Shown piece by piece: positions 57,066 through 64,000 of a stretch of 64,000 bases of DNA (position 1 is its first letter; each line of letters begins with the position of its first letter). The DNA is taken from contig CAWCMR010000022.1 of assembly GCA_963796685.1 (NCBI GenBank), positions 1 to 64,000 on the forward strand. The letters run 5' to 3'. This DNA comes from an uncultured delta proteobacterium. Lineage in GTDB: Bacteria; Myxococcota_A; Polyangia; Fen-1088. Under the pieces are notes generated by a model, which made no database searches, was not told where the DNA came from, and saw only the letters and a program-made list of their open reading frames with translations. A program made the translations under genes and the position numbers.

Positions 57066-60000
57066 AGGCATTCGGCGCGAAGGCATTCGAATGGATGGCC
57101 GGGCGCCGAGGCCTCGTGTGGTGCACCGCCTTGGCCGTCGCGCTCGGCGGCGTCCTGGTGGCGAGGCGCCTGCCGAGCGGCATCTATCCCGAGGTCGAGT
57201 TCCCGCGCATCGTGGTCGTGGCCCGGGCCGGCGACGCGCCTCCCGACGTCACCCAGGTCTCGGTGACCCGCCCGCTCGAGGCGGCGCTGGCCACCGTGCT
57301 CGGCGTGGAGCGCATCCGCTCCAAGACCATTCGCGGCTCGACCGAGATGTCGCTGCAGTTCGCGCCCGGCACCGACATGTGGCGCGCGCTTCAGCTCGTC
57401 GAGTCCCGCGTGGGAGAAGCCCGCTCGGGGCTTCCCCCGGGGGCCGAGATCACCGTCGAGCGCTTGACCACCACTTCCTTCCCGGTGCTCACCTACAACC
57501 TCACGGGGCCCATCGATTCGCGCCGGCTGCGCGAGCTCGGCGAATTCGTTCTCAAGCCGGCCTTTTCACGGGTACGTGGCGTCGGCCGCGTGGAGGTCCT
57601 CGGGGGCGACGTGCGGGAGGTCGAGGTGATTCTCGATCCCGAGCGCACCGCCGGTTTGCACATCAGCCCGGCGCAAGTCGCCGAAAAGCTGCGCGCGCAG
57701 AACGTGCTCCAGGCCGTCGGCCGCCTGGAGCAATCGCACTCGCTCGTCACCGTGATGGCCTCGGGCGAGCCGACCGGGCTCGACGACCTGCGCGCCATCC
57801 CGGTGGCCGTGGGACCCGACGGAAGCCCCATTCTCCTCGGCGCCATCGCCGAGGTGCGCGAGGGCGCGGAGGACCGGCTGCTGCGGGTCTCCGGGCCGGG
57901 GGGCGAGACGGCGCTCCTCAGCGTGGCCCGGCTGCCGGGCGCGAGCACCCCCGAGGTCGTGGCCAACGTCAAAGCCGCGGCTCGCGCAACCGCCGCCGCG
58001 CTGCCCAAGGGAGTCGCGCTCACGCCGGTCTACGATCAGGCCGAGCTGGTCGACGAGTCCATTCGCTCCGTGCGCGACGCCATCTTGATCGGCATCGCCC
58101 TGTGCGTGGGCGTGATCGCGCTCTTCCTGCGCGACTTCCGGGCCGGGCTGGCGGCCTCGCTGTCCGTGCCCCTGACCTTGGCGGCCACCTTCCTTCCCAT
58201 CGGGGGCCTCGGTCAGAGCCTGAACCTGATGTCGCTCGGCGGCTTGGCGGTGGCCATCGGGCTGGTCATCGACGACGCCATCGTGGTGGTGGAGTCCATC
58301 GGCCGGCACGTCGAGGAGGGGCTTGCTCCCGCGGTGGCCGCGCGCGACGGGACGCGCGTGTTGCTGGCCGCCCTCGTGGGCACCACGGCAACGACCGTCG
58401 TGGTGTTCTTCCCGCTCGCCTGGCTCGAAGGCGTGGTTGGCCGCTTCTTCTCCGCCCTGGCGGCCACGCTGTCGACGGCGGTGCTCATCTCGCTGGTCAT
58501 GGCGCTGACCGTGGTGCCGCTCGCCGCCGCACGCTGGATCCGACCACGGCCGGCGTCCAGCCATTCGGCGCGCTTGGCGAACGCGTATGAACGCGCGCTA
58601 GGCCCCTTCCTGCACCGGCCCTGGATCGGGCTGCTCGTCGCCTTTGGCCTGCTCGGGCTGGGGGCGATGGCGGCGGTCGAAGCCCCGTCGGGATTCCTGC
58701 CGACCATGGACGAGGGCGCCTTCGTGCTCGACTATTTCTTGCCGGCCGGGACGTCGCTTGGCGAGACCGATGCGGTGGCGCGCAAGATCGAGACCATTCT
58801 CGCGGCGACCCCCGAGGTGCGAACCTATTCTCGACGGACCGGGGCCGAGCTTGGCCCGGTCGCCGCGACGCAGGTCAACCGTGGCGACATCATGGTCCGC
58901 TTGAAGCCGCGTGCGCAGCGCCACCGTTCCGCCGACGAGGTGATCGCGGAGGTGCGCGCGAAGGTCGTCCGGGACGTGCCGGAGGCGCGCACCGAGTACA
59001 TTCAGGTGCTGCAGGACGTGCTCAACGACCTGGCGGGAACCCCACGGCCCATCGAGATCAAGATCTTCGGCGACGACTACGCGACCTTGCGGGCCAAGGC
59101 GCAAGAGGTGGTGGAACGCATCCACGACGTGCCGGGATTGGTGGACCTGTACCCGGGATTCGAAGGCCGTGCCCCGGAGCTGCGCTTTCGCATCGACGGC
59201 GCGGCGGCGGCGCGCGCGGGAGCAACCGCCGCCGACGTGGCAGGCAACCTCGATGCCTCGCTCCATGGCGTCGTCGCGTCGATTCTTGCGCAGGCCGGAT
59301 CGCCCCATCGGGGTGCGCGTGCGCTATCCGGACTCGGTTCGCTTCGACCCCGAGCGCGTGGTCGAGCTGCCTCTTCTCGTCGGCGCGGAGGGCGTCACCC
59401 GCATCTCGGCGGTGGCCACGCCCATCCACGCCAGCGCCGAGACTTCGCTCCTCCGCGAGAGCCTGCGTCCGGTCGTCATCCTGAGCGCCGACCACGAGAA
59501 CCGCGATCTCGGCTCCGTCGTGCGCGACGTGCAGAAGCGACTGCGCGGGCTCGTTTTGCCCGAGGGCTATGGCCTCGAGCTCGGCGGCCAGTACGAGGGG
59601 CAGCAAGCGACCCTTCGGGATCTTTCCGCAGTGATGGGATTCGGTCTCCTGGCCGTGTTTATCGTCCTCCTTGCGCAGTTCCGCCGCGCGCGCCTGGCGT
59701 TCGTGGTGCTCGTCTCGGTTCCGCTGGCGGTGGTGGGGGCGCTGGTGACCCTTTGGGTTCTGCAGATACCGCTCAACGCCTCCTCGCTCATGGGGTGCGT
59801 CTTGCTCGTGGGCTTGGTGGTGAAGAACGGCATCCTGCTGCTCGAACAGTTCGAGCGCCTGCTCGACGAGAACGGGCAGGACGTCGAACGGGCGCTCGTC
59901 CTTGCCGGGCGCATCCGCGTCCGCCCCATCTTGATGACCACGTTGGCCACCATCGCCGGGCTCGCCCCGCTGGCGCTTGGCCTGGGGGCGGGCGCGGAGA

Positions 60001-60140
60001 TTCAGCGCCCGCTGGCCGTGGCCGTGATCGGCGGCCTCGTCGTGTCCACCGCCGTGAGCCTGCTGGTCCTGCCGTCACTCGTGCGCCTCACGCACGCCCG
60101 GCTGCAGGACAGTGGTCGTGCTCGCGGCCTCGAAGCGTAG
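57062..60140 (+). CDS. CusA/CzcA-like RND efflux permease (frameshift at ~59283)
   Basis: VTRPLE, YDQA.LV..SI, LNLMSLGGLAVAIGLVIDDAIVVVE, FLP.MDEG, GLVVKNGILL, RVRPILMT, QRPLA.AVIGG. Confidence 0.92.
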
Positions 60141-60246
60141 CGGACTCTGCGGTTCATTTACACCTCGTCGCTCGAAAACCACAAAGAGGACATATCCCAC
60201 ACGCCCAACCGATGCCCGATGCTCCCCATACCCAGGCGATGCTTCC

Positions 60247-62450
60247 CTACGCACTGGCAGAAGTCGCGGCCGCCTCCCCTGTCGAGCCTGTCGAGCCCGC
60301 GCCAGGCGAAGAGTTTTTGCGCACGGCAAGGAGTGCGCGCATCGCCCACGCCAGCGCCAGGAACCATGACGACATCGTGAGCACGAGCCCCACCAGGAAC
60401 ACGGTCGGGAGATAACGGGTCGCGATGACATGGTGCCCTGCCTCGACCATCAGCGCACGCAGGCCCCCAGCGGCTTCGAACATGTAGCCGGCCGAAATGC
60501 CATCGATGCGCGCCCGCCAACCCGGGAAATACACCTCGTTGAAGACCAACATCGTGCGAACCGGGAGGTCCACGACGTACTCCACCCGGTCGGGAAGGTA
60601 GCGCGATATCGTGAACGTAACCGCAATGGCTTTCTTCTGAAACAGACTTCCATCCGCCGGAGGCGGTGCCTGCGCGAAGCCCACGATGCGTTGCCCGCTG
60701 ACGAGGAATGGCCGAAATCCTTTCGTCAGCAACCCGTCCAGCCGCTTCAGACGAAAGGGAGTATACGAGGGTAGATAGAACTTCTTGTTCAAGTACGCAT
60801 CGTTGGAACCGGGGTCGTCGATTTTTTGGGCATCCATGCGCGGAACCAGGGCCTTCGAGGGGTCGAAGTCGGAAACGTGAATGCTCATGCAGCGCAGGAC
60901 GTCGTCCTCGGGGGCCACGGCGAAGAGGCTTGCGTCCGAGCTGGCGTGCGTGCCGGAATCAAACGCGGCAATCAGCACAAGAGAGATGGCAGCGGCTCGG
61001 GGCCGCAGGAAGCGAACGACGGCAATCAGCGCAATCACCAGGACCATCAACTCCAGGTAGGTGGTGCCAAGAAAATAGTAGTCGAGGCTGGACGTAGGCG
61101 GGTAGATCACGTTCTTCAGCCAAAGGATCCCGACGAGCATCAATAGTGCCAGGCCAGCAAGAATGCCAATCAGCCGGCGCCGGGCCTCGGGCTCTTCGCG
61201 CAGATGGGCCAGACCGCCGCCGGCCAGCAGCCCTCCTGCCAGCGCCACCACGGCCCGGCTATCGGCGGCTGGAAAGCGGGATAGATTGAGCTTCGAGAAG
61301 AGGTCGTGCAGCGCCACGCGCGGGAAGGAGTACCGGCCAAGGCTCATCAGCAACGCGGCGAGAAAGCCAATGCCCAGTGCGGTGGTCGTGCGACAACGGC
61401 GGAAGAGGACCGCGTACAACACGAGGGCGAAAGCCACGATACCGAAGTACAACCCGCGCATCGAGATGTCGGTGACGAACCCATCGGAGGCCAGCCTGGT
61501 CGATGCACCGAAGACCAGGTGCCACAGATCCGGGGGCGAGAGGCTCTGGACCAAGGCCTCATCCGTGGTCATCGGCGAGCCACGCGTGAATGCGCCCGTG
61601 TTGGTCGCGATGGGTAGCCAGTGGCCGGCCGAAATCCCAGCGCCAAGCAGGAGACTGAGGCAAAGGCCCTTCGCAAAATGCTTGCGGCTTGACGGATCCC
61701 TGCACTGGCTGACGAACAGCCAGACCGACCAGCCGACGAACCATATCGGGCTGGTCAGGACAATGCCTGGGTAACCGCAAACCACCAGCAGCCCCAACGT
61801 GGCCCCGAGCAGAGGACAGGCCCATGGTTCGCCGTCGGCAAGCTTCTTGATGCTCAAGAGGACCCACGGGAAAACCGAGAAGGCATTGATGATATCCATG
61901 TGCTGGGCATTGCACAGTCGGGCACTCGTGAAATTGAAGGCAATCGCGGCCATGAGCGCCGCGGAGCGACGGGCCCATAGGCCATGGGCCAGAAAGTAGA
62001 CGCCGACCGAACCGAACAGGATCATCAGGAGCTCTGGCGCTGTGCCACCAGCGGGTCGTAGCCCCAAAGCAGGGAGACAATCCAGGTGACCGGCGACCAC
62101 AACTGAGACTGTGGATTGACGAGAAAGGGAGCTCCGGCGTGTCCGTAGGGAAACCAAAGCGGCAGGGCACCCGCCCGCAGGCTGTCGGAGATGAAGATCA
62201 GAAAGCGAGCGTACGAGTTGAAGAAATCGTAGGGGATTGCTACGGTCGGGATTCCGTTGGTGCCACGCATCCCGCGCTCCATCACGGCGATGTGCCAGAC
62301 GGAAAGCGCGGCGAGCGGGCCGAGGTGCCTGATGAGAGGGAGGCGAACCATCGCGCCGCGTAGCCGGCGGAAGATGGCCGCTGCGAGAGAGCTCCAGCCA
62401 GCCCTGTTCAACTCGAAAAGTCGAATCCGAAAGTGCGCACGTATGCTCAT
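60247..62450 (-). CDS. YfhO-like GT-C-fold membrane protein (frameshift at ~62030; start could be 62351)
   Basis: G.LPLW.PY...G.PF..NPQ, many TM helices, LYFG, SRFP, NEVYFPGWRARIDG..G.H.I..RY. Confidence 0.78.
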
Positions 62451-62603
62451 CCAGATCGCCAGAGCCTAACCGATTTGGTCAGGAGGGTGCGTGGAAGAAT
62501 GGGAGGGATGGAATGAAGGCGGTGGCGAAACCTCGAGAGGCGGCGGCGAGGCCTTGGCGCGATCGGGCCGGACTACATGTGGCGAGAGCTAGCTGCGTGA
62601 CCT

Positions 62604-63680
62604 TCACAAACGTTCGGCTGCGGCGCGGATTGCTGCTTCGCTGGGCGGGGTCACCGAGCCGCGCGGGTCGCGACCGTTCTGGAACTCGACCATCCAGCCG
62701 GGATACTCGGGGGGAAGCGCACTGGATTGGTCCAACAGCGCGACATGCGCGGGCGATAGGCGAAGGTCGGCCGCGCCCAGGTTGTCCGCCAACTGTTCGG
62801 TCTTCTTGGCCCCGATGATCACGCTGGTGACGAAGGGTTTGGTCAGCTGCCAGGCGAGGGCGATGCGCGCAACGGAAGCGCCGGTTTCGTCGGCGACCTT
62901 GCGTAGCGCCCCGAGCACGCGGGGTAGGCGTTCCATGTTCACGGGCGGAAAGTCGAAGTTGCTCCGGCGCGCATCCGCCGGGCCGTTTTTGTTGGGATCG
63001 AACTTGCCCGACAGAATCCCTCCGGCCAGCGGGCTCCACGGCAGAATGGCAAGTCCCTCGGCCTGGCACAGCGGTGCGATCTCGCGCTCGATATCGCGAC
63101 CGACCAGCGAGTAATAGACCTGGGCGCTTTGAAAGCGGGCGAGGCCGTTCTGTTCGGCAAAGGTGATGGCCTTCGCGGCCACCCAGGCCGGCAAATTGCT
63201 GAAGCCAAGATAGCGGGCTTTGCCCATACGGACGACGTCGTCGAGGGCGCGCAGGGTTTCTTCGATGGGCGTGACCGGATCGAAGCCGTGGATCTGATAG
63301 AGATCGACATGGTCAAGACCTAGCCGCTGCAGGCTGCCGTCGATACTGGCGAGAATGTGCGCGCGAGAGAGTCCGACCTGATTGATGCCCGGACCGATGC
63401 GACCGCGTACCTTGGTGGCCACGACGATCTGCTCGCGCGGGCGATTCAAGGTCTTGAGGGCCTCGCCGACCAGTCGTTCACTCTCGCCCTCTGAGTACAC
63501 ATCGGCGGTATCGATGAAGTTCACGCCAGTGTCCAGTGCCGCAGCCACCAACCCAAGCGACTCTTTCTGTCCCAGGCGACCAATGGCCTGCCACATGCCG
63601 CTTCCGCCACCAAATGTCATCGAGCCAAGACAAAGCTCGGAAACGTAAAGACCAGTCCTGCCAAGTAGGTTGTAGCGCAT
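62604..63680 (-). CDS. Aldo/keto reductase
   Basis: LGRTGL.VSELCLG, FIDTADVY..GESE, VATK, DLYQIH, YLGFSN, PWSPLAGG, IIGA. Confidence 0.93.
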   Translation of the reverse strand: MRYNLLGRTGLYVSELCLGSMTFGGGSGMWQAIGRLGQKESLGLVAAALDTGVNFIDTADVYSEGESERLVGEALKTLNRPREQIVVATKVRGRIGPGINQVGLSRAHILASIDGSLQRLGLDHVDLYQIHGFDPVTPIEETLRALDDVVRMGKARYLGFSNLPAWVAAKAITFAEQNGLARFQSAQVYYSLVGRDIEREIAPLCQAEGLAILPWSPLAGGILSGKFDPNKNGPADARRSNFDFPPVNMERLPRVLGALRKVADETGASVARIALAWQLTKPFVTSVIIGAKKTEQLADNLGAADLRLSPAHVALLDQSSALPPEYPGWMVEFQNGRDPRGSVTPPSEAAIRAAAERL

Positions 63681-64000
63681 GCTTTCGCTATGACGTGGAG
63701 CCAGCCCGGAGTCAAGGCTCGATCAAAGGTTGGGGCAAGCCTTTGCGTCTCTGCCGTCATCAGGCGGCCGCAGCCACCACATACTTGCCGAGTCGACGGC
63801 CAGAAGAAACGTCCGACGCCACTTTTCATTCGCCAAAGCCTCCGGGGCTGCGCCTACTGTCGCTTGCGGCGGAGGCGCACAACCCACACTGCCGCCAAGA
63901 AGAGCAAACCAGCGGTGCTGCTTCTGTCGCGGCCTCGGTGTCCCAACACGCACGTGCAGCCGCTATCGCTCGCTCTTTGCACCGCGGACGACGAGCCTCC

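Noticed and set aside
63700-64000. Possible structured RNA or small ORFs at the window end
   Set aside because: Only short GC stems and motif-less ORFs, and the context is cut off by the window edge.

Overview
64 kb of GC-rich chromosome, most likely from a Myxococcota (Polyangia-like) bacterium, judged from the giant TPR protein, AgmX-type lipoprotein, Gly/Pro-Asp-linker lipoproteins and a DUF1501-type pair. The assembly has many single-base indels, so several genes are split in the ORF track. Contents in order: a ~3,460-aa TPR protein followed 3 nt later by an RNase Y that has lost its KH GxxG loop; a ROK kinase; a three-gene lipid/polyketide cluster (acyl-CoA dehydrogenase, a 2,923-aa KS-AT-KS-ACPx4-KR-DH synthase, an Sfp-type PPTase); M48 peptidase, Ate/Bpt, tandem DsbA, YcbK and SerA; a CxxCH lipoprotein plus Tat protein pair; aminotransferase-iscS-thiI; a metal-uptake operon with a His/Cys leader ORF and no ATPase; a rhodanese-MauE-DsbA module; GH54 and LamG lipoproteins; a two-component system with a divergent CusCBA-like RND pump; a YfhO-like membrane protein; and an aldo-keto reductase. 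I saw no rRNA, tRNA, CRISPR array or transposase. The standout is the megasynthase: all four ACPs carry Thr where the phosphopantetheinylated Ser normally sits (GIDTVK), both KS domains keep their catalytic triads, there is no ER or TE, and it is flanked by its own PPTase and an acyl-CoA dehydrogenase. All family calls come from motif recognition by eye, with no database searches.
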